Positions 37,418-48,336 of a stretch of DNA of 64,000 bases are shown here, piece after piece (position 1 is the first letter of the stretch; the number at the start of each line of letters is the position of its first letter). The position numbers and the translations under genes were made by a program. The notes under the pieces were generated by a model. That model ran no database searches, was not told the origin of the DNA, and saw only the letters and a program-made list of their open reading frames with translations. The stretch is from Halieaceae bacterium. GTDB lineage: Bacteria > Pseudomonadota > Gammaproteobacteria > Pseudomonadales > Halieaceae. The stretch lies in NCBI GenBank assembly GCA_042090345.1, contig JBELJN010000006.1, positions 11,923 through 75,922 of the forward strand, written 5' to 3'.

Positions 37418-37974
37418 CTGACCGCTCCTTTGGTTTTTGTTTTACGATGCTCTCCTGCCATCTTAGGAAGCTGCGCATCGGTCGGTATTGGTAAGCCGTG
37501 TTGTTTTAAGTGTGCCACATATTCACTGATCTCAGCGCCGTGCTTGGAGGAAACTTCCTCAGGGCGAAGAGGCTCTCCACATTCGCTACAGGACAACACG
37601 GGTTCGCAGACGCTTGCGCAGCCACTGTGCCAATAATGCATGGGCGCACCGTGTTCATCACTTAACCATTGATCGCCCCATTGACTCAATGTCATCAACA
37701 CGGGGTAAAGGCCCAACCCCTTTCGAGTAAGGCGATATTCAAAGCGCTCAGGATGAGTGCTGTACGCAACCTTTGTCAGAACGCCCTCATCCACCAGCAT
37801 GGCAAGCCGTTCAGCGAGGCGATGACGCGTGACGCCTAAGTTTTTGTGGAAACCCTCAAAGCGTCGAGTTCCCTTGAAAGCATCGCGAATGATCAACAAC
37901 GTCCATCGTTCACCCACAACAGAAAGCGCCCGGGCGACGGAACAAACTTGCTCGTTAATGTTTTCCCATTTCAT
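37414..37974 (-). CDS. HxlR-family winged-helix transcriptional regulator with a Cys-rich C-terminal extension
   Basis: CSVARALSVVGERWTLLIIRDAFKGTRRFEGF is the HxlR signature region. About 70 extra residues carry C-x3-C and C-x2-C (HSGCASVCEPVLSCSECGEPL). The stop overlaps the aldolase ATG (ATGA). Confidence 0.8.
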   Translation of the reverse strand: MKWENINEQVCSVARALSVVGERWTLLIIRDAFKGTRRFEGFHKNLGVTRHRLAERLAMLVDEGVLTKVAYSTHPERFEYRLTRKGLGLYPVLMTLSQWGDQWLSDEHGAPMHYWHSGCASVCEPVLSCSECGEPLRPEEVSSKHGAEISEYVAHLKQHGLPIPTDAQLPKMAGEHRKTKTKGAVR

Positions 37975-38018
37975 TTTGGAACTCTGCTATTCCCCCTGAA
38001 AAATAGCAAGCGACAGGC

Positions 38019-38046
38019 AAAAAAAAGCCCGGTCAACCGACCGGGC
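38019..38046 (-). terminator. Rho-independent terminator of aceA
   Basis: GCCCGGTC-AACC-GACCGGGC is an 8-bp stem (38027-38046). On the minus strand it is followed by T8 (A8 at 38019-38026). It lies 21 nt after the aceA stop. Confidence 0.85.
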
Positions 38047-38066
38047 GTATCGAACACTGGGCATGT

Positions 38067-39653
38067 TCATCCAAACTGATTCATTGTGTTATCGGAGCCA
38101 CCGGCCTTTAGAGCGGCGTCACCTGAGAAGTATTCCTTGTGATCATCGCCCATATCGGAGCCCGCCATATTTTGGTGCTTCACACAGGCGATGCCCTGTC
38201 GAATTTCTTTTCGCTGAACGCCTGCAACATAGCCGAGCATCCCCGCCTCGCCAAAGTACTCCTTCGCAAGGTTATCCGTCGACAGTGCCGCCGTATGGTA
38301 AGTGGGCAATGTGATGAGATGGTGGAAGATTCCGGCTTCACGCGCCGCATCAGCTTGGAACGACTGTATACGGTGATCAGCCTCAATGGCCAATTCGGTC
38401 TCGTCATAGTCGGCCGACATCAAACCATCGCGGATGTAACCGGATACGTCCTTACCTTCCTCCGCCCAGGAATCAAATACCTGCTGACGGAAGCTTAAGG
38501 TCCAGTTAAACGATGGGCTGTTGTTGTAAACAAGTTTGGCGTTAGGCACTTGCTCGCGAATGCGATTGACCATGCTAGCAATTTGACCCACGTGAGGCTT
38601 CTCGGTCTCGATCCATAATAGATCCGCCCCATTCTGGAGTGATGTCACGCAATCAAGTACCACTCGATCTTCGCCGGTATTGGGCTTAAAGCGGAACAGA
38701 CCTGACGCCAGTCGTTTTGGACGCACGAGTTGACCGTTCGCCTTAACCACGACATCACCGTTTGCCAGATCATCGGCACTGTGAACCACGTCGCCGTCAA
38801 GGAAGCTATTGTACTGATCCCCAAGATCGCCCGGTTCATTGGTCACGGCGATCTGCTTAGTCAGGCCTGCACCCAACGAGTCAGTTCGCGCGACGATGAT
38901 GCCATTCTCAACGCCCAGCTCAATGAAGGCATAACGTACCGCTCTAATCTTCGCTAGGAAGTCTGAATGAGGAACCGTGACCTTACCGTCTTGGTGCCCA
39001 CACTGCTTTTCGTCTGATACCTGGTTTTCAATTTGGATCGCACAGGCACCGGCTTCAATCATTTTCTTCGCCAAGAGGTACGTGGCTTCTTCGTTACCAA
39101 AGCCTGCGTCGATATCTGCGATGATCGGGACCACATGGGTTTGGAAATTATCGATCTGATTGAGGATGGCTCGCTCTTGCACCTCGTTGCTCGCGGCGCG
39201 TGCGGCGTCCAATTCACGAAAGAGACCTCCCATCTCCCGCGCATCGGCCTGTCGAAGGAACGTGTATAGCTCCTCAATCAGGGCCGGAACGGATGACTTT
39301 TCATGCATGGATTGATCGGGCAAAGGTCCAAACTCTGAGCGAAGCGCAGCAATCATCCACCCCGAGAGATACAAATAGCGACGATTGGTATCGCCAAAGT
39401 GCTTCTTAATTGCGATCATTTTTTGCTGGCCAATAAACCCGTGCCAGCAGCCCAGGGACTGTGTGTATTGAGACGTATCAGCTTCGTAGTTGTCGATATC
39501 GCGGCGCATGATGTCCGCTGTGTACTTGGCTACATCCAAACCCGTTCTGAACTGATTTTGGAGGCGCATCCGCACAGCGTGCTCGGCGCTTACCCCGTTT
39601 GCAGCGGTTGCGATACCGGCCAGTTTTTCTACTTGCTCAACATAATTACTCAT
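38067..39653 (-). CDS. aceA: Isocitrate lyase (long, Pseudomonas-type form)
   Basis: 528 aa. The catalytic signature EKQCGHQDGK (K-x-C-G-H) and the phosphoenolpyruvate mutase/ICL superfamily motifs ADIDAGFG are present. Confidence 0.9.
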   Translation of the reverse strand: MSNYVEQVEKLAGIATAANGVSAEHAVRMRLQNQFRTGLDVAKYTADIMRRDIDNYEADTSQYTQSLGCWHGFIGQQKMIAIKKHFGDTNRRYLYLSGWMIAALRSEFGPLPDQSMHEKSSVPALIEELYTFLRQADAREMGGLFRELDAARAASNEVQERAILNQIDNFQTHVVPIIADIDAGFGNEEATYLLAKKMIEAGACAIQIENQVSDEKQCGHQDGKVTVPHSDFLAKIRAVRYAFIELGVENGIIVARTDSLGAGLTKQIAVTNEPGDLGDQYNSFLDGDVVHSADDLANGDVVVKANGQLVRPKRLASGLFRFKPNTGEDRVVLDCVTSLQNGADLLWIETEKPHVGQIASMVNRIREQVPNAKLVYNNSPSFNWTLSFRQQVFDSWAEEGKDVSGYIRDGLMSADYDETELAIEADHRIQSFQADAAREAGIFHHLITLPTYHTAALSTDNLAKEYFGEAGMLGYVAGVQRKEIRQGIACVKHQNMAGSDMGDDHKEYFSGDAALKAGGSDNTMNQFG

Positions 39654-39784
39654 AGTGCACTCCCGAGATACACGGATTCGTTTGTCATGGGGGCACTATG
39701 ATCTACAACTCACTATTTTTAAAATAAATGAGTTATATCTTTCTCATAATAAAAACGAATAAATGGTCGTTTGCCAGTGCGGCC

Positions 39785-41206
39785 TTACGACTTAGTCTTT
39801 TTACTCTTGCGCTTTTTCTCGGATTTCTTGATGTGAGACACCATGCGACGCCGACGCTGGACTTGTCGCTCAGTTAACTTATTGCGCCGACCCGCGTAAG
39901 GGTTCTCGCCGGTGCGCAATTCAATCCGAATCGGTGTACCGGAGAGCTCCAATTCGCGCCGAAAGCTATTTTCCAGATAGCGCACATAGCTTTGAGGTAA
40001 GTTTTCGGTGGAGTTACCGTGAATCACAATACGTGGGGGGTTGTGCCCACCCATGTGCGCGTAACGCAGTTTTACACGTCGACCGCTGACCATCGGAGGT
40101 GGATGGCTGGAAATAATATCTTCGAGTAACTTAGTTAAACGGGGCGTCGTTAATTTTCGCGTCGCGGACTCGTAAGCGCCGTGAATCGATTCGTATAAGT
40201 GCCCAACGCCTGTCCCGTGCAATGCAGAAATAAAGTGAATATCCGCATAATCGACAAATAACAGTCTTCGCTGTAACTCGACTTTGACACGGTCGCGCTC
40301 ATCGGCGTCCATGCCGTCCCACTTATTGATGGCAACCACGAGACCCCTTCCGGCCTCGATGCACTGACCTAACAAATGAAGGTCCTGTTCGACCACTCCC
40401 TCGCGCGCATCCATGAGCAAAATAACTACATTTGCCTGATCGATGGCTTTGAGTGTTTTTACAATGGAGAACTTCTCGACCGTCTCTTTAACATTTTTGC
40501 GTCGCCTAACACCCGCCGTATCGATCAAGGTGTAAGCATGTCCATGACGCTCAAACTCGATAAACACACTGTCGCGAGTCGTACCGGGCTGATCGAATAC
40601 AACCACCCGTTCCTCACCGAGTAAACGATTAACTAGCGTTGACTTACCCACATTCGGGCGACCCACAATGGCGACTCGAATACCGCTATCGAGCTCCATG
40701 GGTTCAGGCGTCTCAGCGTCAAAGGGCTCAAGAACCTCGATGATCATTGAGCGAATCCCACGATTGTGCGTCGCAGCAATCGTGTGGAGCGCACCCACGC
40801 CTAAGCTATGAAAGTCACTGGCGGCAACATCCTCGCCAACACCGTCGATCTTATTGACTACGAGCTCAAAAGGTTTGCTGCGTTCACGCAGTAGCCGCAC
40901 CAAGGATTGATCGCCAACCTGAAGCCCTGAGCGGCCGTCCACCATCAACAGGACCACGTCGGCCTCATCGATAGCCGCTAGGGATTGTGCTGCCATCGCA
41001 GCATCGATTCCTTGCTCCTCACCCGTGATACCGCCAGTATCGATCACCATGAAACGCTGCTCACCCAGCCGCCCTTCACCGTATTTTCGATCTCGGGTTA
41101 GACCTGAGTAGTCAGCAACTAGGGCATCTCGCGACTTAGTCAACTGATTAAACAGGGTCGACTTCCCTACATTGGGACGCCCAACTAAGGCGATGACAGG
41201 TATCAT
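39785..41206 (-). CDS. der: Ribosome-biogenesis GTPase Der (EngA)
   Basis: Two GTPase domains are present, each with [10 protein letters not shown]. There is a KH-like C-terminal domain and a Lys-rich tail. ATG 41206 ([16 protein letters not shown]) lies 4 nt after the bamB stop. Confidence 0.95.
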   Translation of the reverse strand: MIPVIALVGRPNVGKSTLFNQLTKSRDALVADYSGLTRDRKYGEGRLGEQRFMVIDTGGITGEEQGIDAAMAAQSLAAIDEADVVLLMVDGRSGLQVGDQSLVRLLRERSKPFELVVNKIDGVGEDVAASDFHSLGVGALHTIAATHNRGIRSMIIEVLEPFDAETPEPMELDSGIRVAIVGRPNVGKSTLVNRLLGEERVVVFDQPGTTRDSVFIEFERHGHAYTLIDTAGVRRRKNVKETVEKFSIVKTLKAIDQANVVILLMDAREGVVEQDLHLLGQCIEAGRGLVVAINKWDGMDADERDRVKVELQRRLLFVDYADIHFISALHGTGVGHLYESIHGAYESATRKLTTPRLTKLLEDIISSHPPPMVSGRRVKLRYAHMGGHNPPRIVIHGNSTENLPQSYVRYLENSFRRELELSGTPIRIELRTGENPYAGRRNKLTERQVQRRRRMVSHIKKSEKKRKSKKTKS

Positions 41207-41210
41207 TGTG

Positions 41211-42383
41211 TCAGTCCGACGATTCCAGGTCGAAGGCCGATAACTTGCCGTCGTCATCGAGAATAAACAACCGACCGTTATCAGAGATCATGTCAGCACG
41301 CGCAGGCCCTCCGGCGATCTTCAAGCGTCCGACAATCACGCCATCAACTTGCGAAAGCAAATGCAGGTACCCCTCAAGATCTACCGTTGCGACATAGCTT
41401 TTTACCGGTGTTGGCCGGGACAACTCGCGGTAGCCAAGCTCAATATTCTGCCAACGGGCACCCTGCCCATTTCTCAGAAATGCACTGACCGTGCCATCGA
41501 CATCTGCGACGTAGACGTTACCAAAGCCCACCGAGGTGCCTGTGACCGATGACACATTTTGCTGCCACAGCTTCCTACCCGTGCGTATATCAAGCGCAGC
41601 GACGCGCCCTTGATAACTTGATACGAAGAGTTCAATACCTTGAACGGTCATCACTCCATCGATATCGACAATTCGATCGATCTCGGATCCACCTTGGGGA
41701 ATTCCAATACGAGACTCCCAAGAGACATTGCCCGAATCCAAATCAATGGCCACCACTTTGCCATCGCCAAAGCCTGCAATCGCATTATCGCCAATAAGCA
41801 GAGGGATTGAGGTCCCTCGAAGGGTTAGCACTGGGACATCACTGGTATAAGTCCACGTCGGTGTCTCTGCACCCGTTTCAAAACCCAGCAGCTTACCGTC
41901 ATACGTTTGCACGATGACCCAGTCATCGGAGACCGCTGGCGCCGCGAGCACTTCGCCCGATACGGTCGCTTCCCAAACCATGGAGCCGTCATCAGCTGAA
42001 AGTTGAAGCACTGAGCCATCAGCGCCACCCAGGTACAAACCGCCCGCATGGTAGCCCACACCTCCGGATAGAGGTCGCTCCAGCGAGACGCTCCAGCGCT
42101 TATCACCATCTACAGCATCAATCGCCGCAACCTCACCGTCACTGGATGCCACGTACAGGACGCCCTCTGACAGAGCCGGACGTATTTTGAAAAAACCTTT
42201 GCCTTGCCCATCACCTACCGATGTGGACCAGCGCTTTTTAACCTTTACCAGCGCGTCGATTTTCTCAAGCTCGACCGGTGCAGTGAGGTCTTCACCCTCT
42301 GAATCAAACCAACCCTGAACGGTACTGCACCCCGTCATTGTTACGGTAAGCGCCGTAATTAAAAGAAGCCGCGACAACTTCAT
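41211..42383 (-). CDS. bamB: Outer-membrane protein assembly factor BamB
   Basis: Lipoprotein signal [11 protein letters not shown]-like beta-propeller repeats, and the conserved yfgM-bamB-der context. Confidence 0.9.
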   Translation of the reverse strand: MKLSRLLLITALTVTMTGCSTVQGWFDSEGEDLTAPVELEKIDALVKVKKRWSTSVGDGQGKGFFKIRPALSEGVLYVASSDGEVAAIDAVDGDKRWSVSLERPLSGGVGYHAGGLYLGGADGSVLQLSADDGSMVWEATVSGEVLAAPAVSDDWVIVQTYDGKLLGFETGAETPTWTYTSDVPVLTLRGTSIPLLIGDNAIAGFGDGKVVAIDLDSGNVSWESRIGIPQGGSEIDRIVDIDGVMTVQGIELFVSSYQGRVAALDIRTGRKLWQQNVSSVTGTSVGFGNVYVADVDGTVSAFLRNGQGARWQNIELGYRELSRPTPVKSYVATVDLEGYLHLLSQVDGVIVGRLKIAGGPARADMISDNGRLFILDDDGKLSAFDLESSD

Positions 42384-43048
42384 TGAGGCGCATCCTCAGA
42401 AACCGGCTGCTCAGTGCGAAGTGACAAACCGCTTACTTTCAAATCAATGAGACCTGATTGTCCGGCGAGCATTAACGAGGCAGCTTTAGCTGTCTGATAC
42501 GCTTCAAGCGCTGCCGCTTCCCGTCCTGCGGCAAGATGGATGTCGCCAAGCACTTGCGCATAGCTCACTGGGAACGAATCGCTGCCCAGTTCAAGAATTG
42601 CGATGGCCGCTTCCTCCTGACCAAGGGCAGCTTTTACCTTCGCGAGCCTGAGCTGTGCAAGTTGTCCCAGTGTGGAATCGACCTCGACACCCGCCATCAC
42701 CTTTTCCAGCTCAATTTGCGCTTGTTCGAAATCGCCTTCCTCAGCGGCCGCTGCTGCTACTTGCAAAGCGGCAAACTCTGCAAAGGCAATCGACCCGTTT
42801 TCATCACGAATTGTGTCCGCCAGCATAGCGAGCTGATCGGCAGACTCTCCTGACGCTCGCTCAAGCAAGATCTCATCGTAGGTGTCGGCTGCGGCAATCG
42901 CGGTAGCCGAGGTGTAGTCTTGGTATTGAGACCAGCCAAACGAACCACCCAGCGTCAGCACAATCGCGCCAATTACCGAGACTTTATTTTCCTGCCACCA
43001 CTGCTTAATTGCGTCTATCTGCTCTTCTTCTTGAAGATGATCTGCCAC
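42380..43048 (-). CDS. yfgM: YfgM family protein (TPR-like, ancillary SecYEG translocon subunit)
   Basis: The N-terminus EEEQIDAIKQWWQENKVSVIGAIVLTLGG forms a single TM helix, followed by a TPR-like periplasmic domain. The stop overlaps the bamB start (ATGA). Confidence 0.8.
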   Translation of the reverse strand: MADHLQEEEQIDAIKQWWQENKVSVIGAIVLTLGGSFGWSQYQDYTSATAIAAADTYDEILLERASGESADQLAMLADTIRDENGSIAFAEFAALQVAAAAAEEGDFEQAQIELEKVMAGVEVDSTLGQLAQLRLAKVKAALGQEEAAIAILELGSDSFPVSYAQVLGDIHLAAGREAAALEAYQTAKAASLMLAGQSGLIDLKVSGLSLRTEQPVSEDAPQ

Positions 43049-43051
43049 ACC

Positions 43052-44338
43052 TTACTCCTCAACATCCTGCGCCAGGGCTTCTAGCTGGGCCAAAAACTTG
43101 TTCAATCCTTCTCGATCGAGCGTCATTTGCTCATCTCGAGACCTAAGCGGCTTTAAGGTAACCGTGCCCTGGGCAACTTCTTCTTCACCAAAAACCATGG
43201 CCCATGCTGCACCACTCTTATCAGCTCGTTTGAACTGACTCTTGAAACTACCGCCCCCCAAATGTTGGACAACATTCAGGGTGGGAAATTCGCTGCGTAT
43301 TCTATCTGCCTCGAGCATCGCTTTGCCAAGTGCATTTTCATCACTGCTAATAATGTACAAATCGGGATCTGCAGAGGCTTCCACATCGAGCGCTTGCAGG
43401 AGCAAAATTAAGCGCTCCAATCCCGCTGCGAAACCACAACCAGCGGTATCGCGACCCCCAAACTGGCTCACCATGGCGTCGTAACGTCCACCGCCACAAA
43501 CCGTTGCTTGCGCACCCAGCTTATCGGTCGTCCACTCAAAGACGGTCTTATTGTAATAGTCGAGACCCCGAACCAGATTGGGGTTAGGGACAAATGAGAG
43601 ACCCGCAAGGCTGAGTAATTCGCAAAGTCGATCGTGGTGCGCACGCGACTCATCATCGAGAAACGTCGACATTGAGGGCGCGCCTTTAAGCACTGCCTGC
43701 GTCGATTCGGACTTAGTGTCGAGTATACGAAGAGGGTTTGTATCAAGACGACGCTGACTGTCGTCGTCGAGAGCGTCAAAATGGCCTCGTAAATAGTCGG
43801 TTAATGCCGCCTTGTACCGCTGGCGTGCCTCACCGGAGCCGATCGTATTGAGCTCGAGAGTGAGCACATCATCGATCCCTAAGCGCTTCCACCACTGGCG
43901 ACACATTAGCAATAATTCGGCGTCCAGGTCTGGCGTTGCTATCCCAAATGCTTCGACACCCAGCTGATGAAACTGCCGTTGTCGGCCTTTCTGAGGACGC
44001 TCGTACCGAAACATAGGCCCTCTATACCAAACACGCTGAGGGGACTGTATGAGATTATGCTGAACCATGGCGCGAACGGTACTGGCTGTGCCCTCTGGGC
44101 GTAGCGACAAACTCTCGTCGTTGCGATCAGGAAACGAGTACATTTCCTTCTCCACGATATCGGTAACCTCACCGATCGAGCGAGCAAATAAATCAGTGCT
44201 CTCGACGATGGGCGTTCGAATCTCCTGGTAGCCATGCGCACCCAACACGTCACTCGCCGTCTGCTCTAGCATCTGCCACAACGGGGTGTCGTCGGGAAGA
44301 ATGTCCACCATTCCCCGAATCGCTCGGTACTGACTCAT
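43052..44338 (-). CDS. hisS: Histidyl-tRNA synthetase
   Basis: AIRGMVDILP, class II motifs FRYERPQKGRQRQFHQ and GGGRYD are present. Length is 428 aa. Confidence 0.95.
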   Translation of the reverse strand: MSQYRAIRGMVDILPDDTPLWQMLEQTASDVLGAHGYQEIRTPIVESTDLFARSIGEVTDIVEKEMYSFPDRNDESLSLRPEGTASTVRAMVQHNLIQSPQRVWYRGPMFRYERPQKGRQRQFHQLGVEAFGIATPDLDAELLLMCRQWWKRLGIDDVLTLELNTIGSGEARQRYKAALTDYLRGHFDALDDDSQRRLDTNPLRILDTKSESTQAVLKGAPSMSTFLDDESRAHHDRLCELLSLAGLSFVPNPNLVRGLDYYNKTVFEWTTDKLGAQATVCGGGRYDAMVSQFGGRDTAGCGFAAGLERLILLLQALDVEASADPDLYIISSDENALGKAMLEADRIRSEFPTLNVVQHLGGGSFKSQFKRADKSGAAWAMVFGEEEVAQGTVTLKPLRSRDEQMTLDREGLNKFLAQLEALAQDVEE

Positions 44339-44350
44339 GAATTACGTGTC

Positions 44351-45478
44351 CTAGTGACTACTGGAAATAATCTCCGCGTCATCGCGGGCGCGCTGCGCTT
44401 CCAGATTCTCAGCGCGCTTCCTAATGGTAGCCTCTAAATGGTCAACAAAGTTGTTGTTGCTCACTTTATGATCAGGCTCACCATCGAGGTAGATCAAGTT
44501 AGACGGAGTAGCACCGGTCATGCCAACATCCGCTTCACGGGCTTCGCCCGGTCCATTAACAATGCAGCCGATTACGGCAACGTCCATGGGCGTGCGAATA
44601 TCTTCTAACCGCCGCTCTAATTCGTTCATTGTACCGATGACATCAAAGTTTTGTCGCGAGCAACTCGGACAGGCAATGAAATTAATGCCGTTCGCCCGCA
44701 ATTTGAGACTCTTAAGGATCTCAAACCCGACTTTTACCTCTTCAACAGGGTCTGCCGCCAACGACACACGCAAGGTGTCGCCGATACCTTCCATGAGTAG
44801 CATGCCCAGCCCAACGGCAGATTTCACTGTGCCACCGCGCAACGCACCGGCCTCAGTAATTCCGAGATGCAGCGGTTGCTCTATCTGAGCAGCAAGGCCC
44901 CTGTAAGCGGCGACTGCCATAAACACCTCGGAAGCCTTTACACTCACTTTGAAATCGGGGAAGTCATGTCTATCTAATATATCGACGTTTTTGAGCGCCG
45001 ACTCAATGAGCGCTTCTGATGTTGGCTCCGGATACTTGCGCATCAACTCCTTACCCAGGGAACCGGCATTCACACCAATTCTTATCGGTATGCCTTTGTC
45101 TTTGCAGGCCGCTATGACCTCACGCACCTTCTGCTCTTTGCCAATATTGCCCGGATTAATCCTTAAGCAGTCGACACCGTACTCAGCAACTTTCAAAGCA
45201 ATTTTGTGATCAAAGTGAATATCGGCGACCAACGGAACGGGTGATTCTTTTCGAATGGCTTTAAATGCCTCAGCGGCCTCCATGCTCGGAACAGAGACAC
45301 GTACGATGTCCGCACCCGCTTCCGCAATCGCTGTGATCTGGCCAACCGTTGCCTGCACATCGCAGGTCTCGGTATTCGTCATACTTTGAACACTTATGGG
45401 TGCATCTCCACCCACAGGCACATTGCCAACCATTATCTGACGACTCTTACGGCGCTTAATGGGCGAAGCCTGACTCAT
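44351..45478 (-). CDS. ispG: 4-hydroxy-3-methylbut-2-en-1-yl diphosphate synthase (flavodoxin)
   Basis: [30 protein letters not shown] and the cluster-binding region CPSCSR...GC.VNGPGE are present. Confidence 0.95.
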   Translation of the reverse strand: MSQASPIKRRKSRQIMVGNVPVGGDAPISVQSMTNTETCDVQATVGQITAIAEAGADIVRVSVPSMEAAEAFKAIRKESPVPLVADIHFDHKIALKVAEYGVDCLRINPGNIGKEQKVREVIAACKDKGIPIRIGVNAGSLGKELMRKYPEPTSEALIESALKNVDILDRHDFPDFKVSVKASEVFMAVAAYRGLAAQIEQPLHLGITEAGALRGGTVKSAVGLGMLLMEGIGDTLRVSLAADPVEEVKVGFEILKSLKLRANGINFIACPSCSRQNFDVIGTMNELERRLEDIRTPMDVAVIGCIVNGPGEAREADVGMTGATPSNLIYLDGEPDHKVSNNNFVDHLEATIRKRAENLEAQRARDDAEIISSSH

Positions 45479-45506
45479 GGAGAGTTCCCCTACTTTTCTT
45501 ATCGTA

Positions 45507-46268
45507 TTATCGCTGCTCCAACTGCGCAGCGCTCCACACCTTGTAAATAGGTGCCTCAGCGTGGAGGTTTCTTAGCGACAGTAAATTACTGGCCTCTAAG
45601 TCTGCGTCGCCGGAAAGACGCGCGATCTCAACACCGAGTATCAGAGCCCGTGCACTTTGACCACGTACGCTCTGGCGGTAACTTGCATAATACCCACTCG
45701 CGGCCTCGACATCACCCTCAGTCAGTGAAATCTGTGTTAATTCGAGTAACGCAGTTGGATTTCGCGAATCCATGAACAAGCTCCGCGTAAAGGCTTGACG
45801 CGCCTCGTTGGTATTACCGAGTTGCAGCAAGGCCAGACCGAGGTTCACAAAAGCGCGAGGGCGGCCGCTGTAAAGCGTATCGGCGGTTACCTCCCGAAAC
45901 TCGTCCGCAGACTGCTGATATTGACCTTGCGAGAACAGAAATGCCGCGTAATTGTTGCGCGCTCGAGACCCAGCACCTCCCTCCAGTGCGCGGGTGAAAT
46001 TGGCTGCCGCAAGCTCGAATTCGCCCGTGCTCTGAAATACCAACGCAAACGCCTCCAATACCTCGGGGTTATCCTCGTCAATACTCGCTGCGAGCTCCAA
46101 ATTGCGTTTGGCGTTGTCCCAATCCCCGGCACCTATATATTGCCGAGCCAGTGCGACACGCTGAGAAATAGCCTGCTTGTCGTCAACGACAACAGGCTCA
46201 GGACCTTGGGTTTCGGTGACGCACCCGGCCGTTACGGCGAGTAATAGTGCTATCAGTCGGTTTTTCAT
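45507..46268 (-). CDS. pilW: Type IV pilus biogenesis/stability TPR lipoprotein PilW (PilF)
   Basis: Lipobox LLLAVTAGC and six TPR-like repeats. The position between rlmN and ispG matches Pseudomonas. Confidence 0.75.
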   Translation of the reverse strand: MKNRLIALLLAVTAGCVTETQGPEPVVVDDKQAISQRVALARQYIGAGDWDNAKRNLELAASIDEDNPEVLEAFALVFQSTGEFELAAANFTRALEGGAGSRARNNYAAFLFSQGQYQQSADEFREVTADTLYSGRPRAFVNLGLALLQLGNTNEARQAFTRSLFMDSRNPTALLELTQISLTEGDVEAASGYYASYRQSVRGQSARALILGVEIARLSGDADLEASNLLSLRNLHAEAPIYKVWSAAQLEQR

Positions 46269-46296
46269 CCGCAGTGCCACCTCTGTGTTGTGAAAA

Positions 46297-47433
46297 CTAT
46301 TCTAATTCTTCGTACTGGGCTCTATAACGTTCTGACCGCTTTGTTCGATCGTTCACATCGCCAACTAACTGACCGCAGGCGGCGTCAATATCGTCGCCTC
46401 GTGTGGTTCTTACTGTGACGATGAATCCCGCTTCCATCAAGACCTTCCAAAACCGCGAGACGGCATTCCCACTCGGACGTTGATAGCCAGAATTGGGGAA
46501 GTCATTGAATGGGATGAGATTAATTTTGCAGGGGTAATCCTTAAGTAGGACTGCAAGCTCATGCGCATGCTCTACTTGGTCATTAACGCCCGCCAGCAAC
46601 GTGTACTCGATGGTCACGACGCGTTTTTTGTCCGTCTGCGCATCAATGTATGCGCGCGCGGAGTCGAGGAGTTTGGCAATGGGATAGCGCCGATTGATGG
46701 GAACAATCTCATTACGAATGGCGTCATTCGGTGCATGCAGTGACACAGCAAGACTGACATCTGAGAGCTCTGCTAAACGGTCAAGCGCAGGAACAACACC
46801 AGAGGTCGACAACGTCACCTTGCGCTTTGATAAGCCGTAAGCGAGGTCATCACACATGAGTTCCATGGAACTGACGACGTTATCGAAGTTAAGCAGGGGC
46901 TCACCCATGCCCATCATCACAACGTTCGTGACAACTCGTCCGTTGCCCGCTTGCCAGCCATCGTATGAATTGATGGCCAACCAAACCTGACCAATGATCT
47001 CGGCGGAGGTTAGGTCCCGCTGAAACCCTTGCTTGCCCGTTGAACAAAACTTGCAATCAAGACTACAACCCACCTGGGAGGACACGCACAGCGTGGCGCG
47101 GTCGCCTTCCGGTATCAGTACCGCCTCTACCAGTGCACCCCCGTCGACCTTGATCGCCCACTTTCGGGTGCCGTCGGTTGAATCTTGCTGACTTTCAATT
47201 TCCGGTGGCGTTATTTCAGCGCAAGAGGCGAGCTTGTCTCTAAGCGCCTTACCGAGATTCGTCATCGCTTGAAAATCACGGACGCCTTGGTGGTGCATCC
47301 ACTTCATGACTTGCTGAGCGCGAAACTTTTTCTCGCCCAGCTCGTCAAAGTAGCTTTCTAGCTGGGCACGGGTCATGCCCAGCAAGTTTACTTTGCTGGC
47401 CGGATTGGACGTTGCGATTAACGCTTCCGGCAT
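46297..47433 (-). CDS. rlmN: 23S rRNA/tRNA A2503/A37 C2-methyltransferase RlmN (radical SAM)
   Basis: [11 protein letters not shown] and the radical SAM motif [11 protein letters not shown] are present. The C-terminal catalytic Cys region DIDAACGQL is also present. Confidence 0.95.
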   Translation of the reverse strand: MPEALIATSNPASKVNLLGMTRAQLESYFDELGEKKFRAQQVMKWMHHQGVRDFQAMTNLGKALRDKLASCAEITPPEIESQQDSTDGTRKWAIKVDGGALVEAVLIPEGDRATLCVSSQVGCSLDCKFCSTGKQGFQRDLTSAEIIGQVWLAINSYDGWQAGNGRVVTNVVMMGMGEPLLNFDNVVSSMELMCDDLAYGLSKRKVTLSTSGVVPALDRLAELSDVSLAVSLHAPNDAIRNEIVPINRRYPIAKLLDSARAYIDAQTDKKRVVTIEYTLLAGVNDQVEHAHELAVLLKDYPCKINLIPFNDFPNSGYQRPSGNAVSRFWKVLMEAGFIVTVRTTRGDDIDAACGQLVGDVNDRTKRSERYRAQYEELE

Positions 47434-47445
47434 CGTAACCCGCGG

Positions 47446-47877
47446 TTACCGACTACAGAGGTCGCTGGCAGCGAAAAAGTAAGCAATCTCGCGCGCAGCG
47501 GAAGCTGGCGAGTCAGAACCATGAACCGCGTTTGCATCGATTGAGTTAGCAAAATCTGCACGAATAGTGCCAGCATCGGCCTCAGCAGGATTTGTTGCGC
47601 CCATCAGTTCGCGGTTCTTCAGAATAGCGCCCTCACCCTCTAGCACCTGAACGACCACGGGTCCTGACGTCATGAAAGAGACGAGATCCGGATAAAATGG
47701 ACGCTCTTTGTGCTCTGCGTAGAAACCGCCCGCCACGTCATCCGACAAGCGCAGCATTTTCTGCGCGACAATCTGCAAACCAGCAGCTTCGAAGCGCGCA
47801 TTGATCTGACCTGTGACGTTTTTCGCAACAGCGTCAGGCTTGATAATTGAAAGAGTTTGTTCGACGGACATGGTCAT
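47446..47877 (-). CDS. ndk: Nucleoside diphosphate kinase
   Basis: [10 protein letters not shown] and the active-site region NAVHGSDS are present. Length is 143 aa. Confidence 0.95.
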   Translation of the reverse strand: MTMSVEQTLSIIKPDAVAKNVTGQINARFEAAGLQIVAQKMLRLSDDVAGGFYAEHKERPFYPDLVSFMTSGPVVVQVLEGEGAILKNRELMGATNPAEADAGTIRADFANSIDANAVHGSDSPASAAREIAYFFAASDLCSR

Positions 47878-47986
47878 CTCCTGAGGATCGATAAAATTAG
47901 GGGCCCGCTTGAAGTCGCAGGACCGCCAGCGCGCGCGGAGTATACGGACTTTGACTCACCCTGTCATTGCACCAAAAGTGTGCTTA

Positions 47987-48325
47987 TTAATGCTTCTCCG
48001 ACGCGTGGTTGATCGTATAGCGCGGAATTTCAACCACGAGGGGCTCACTGCCGACAAGTGCTTGGCAGGAAAGCCGGGACTCAGGCTCCAGTCCCCACGC
48101 TTTATCGAGATAATCCTCCTCGAGCTCGTCGGCCTCGCTGAGCGAATCGAAGCCTTCTCTCACAATGACGTGGCAGGTGGTACAGGCACATGACATCTCG
48201 CAGGCGTGCTCAATATCGATGTCATTGGACAGCAACACATCACACACACTCTGCCCACTCTCAGCCTCGATTGCAGCGCCGTCGGGGCAAAACTCATGAT
48301 GGGGTAATACGATAATCTGTGGCAT
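47987..48325 (-). CDS. fdx: ISC system [2Fe-2S] ferredoxin
   Basis: The adrenodoxin-type motif CEMSCACTTCH...C is present. Length is 112 aa and the gene follows hscA. Confidence 0.9.
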   Translation of the reverse strand: MPQIIVLPHHEFCPDGAAIEAESGQSVCDVLLSNDIDIEHACEMSCACTTCHVIVREGFDSLSEADELEEDYLDKAWGLEPESRLSCQALVGSEPLVVEIPRYTINHASEKH

Positions 48326-48336
48326 TTATGTTCTCT

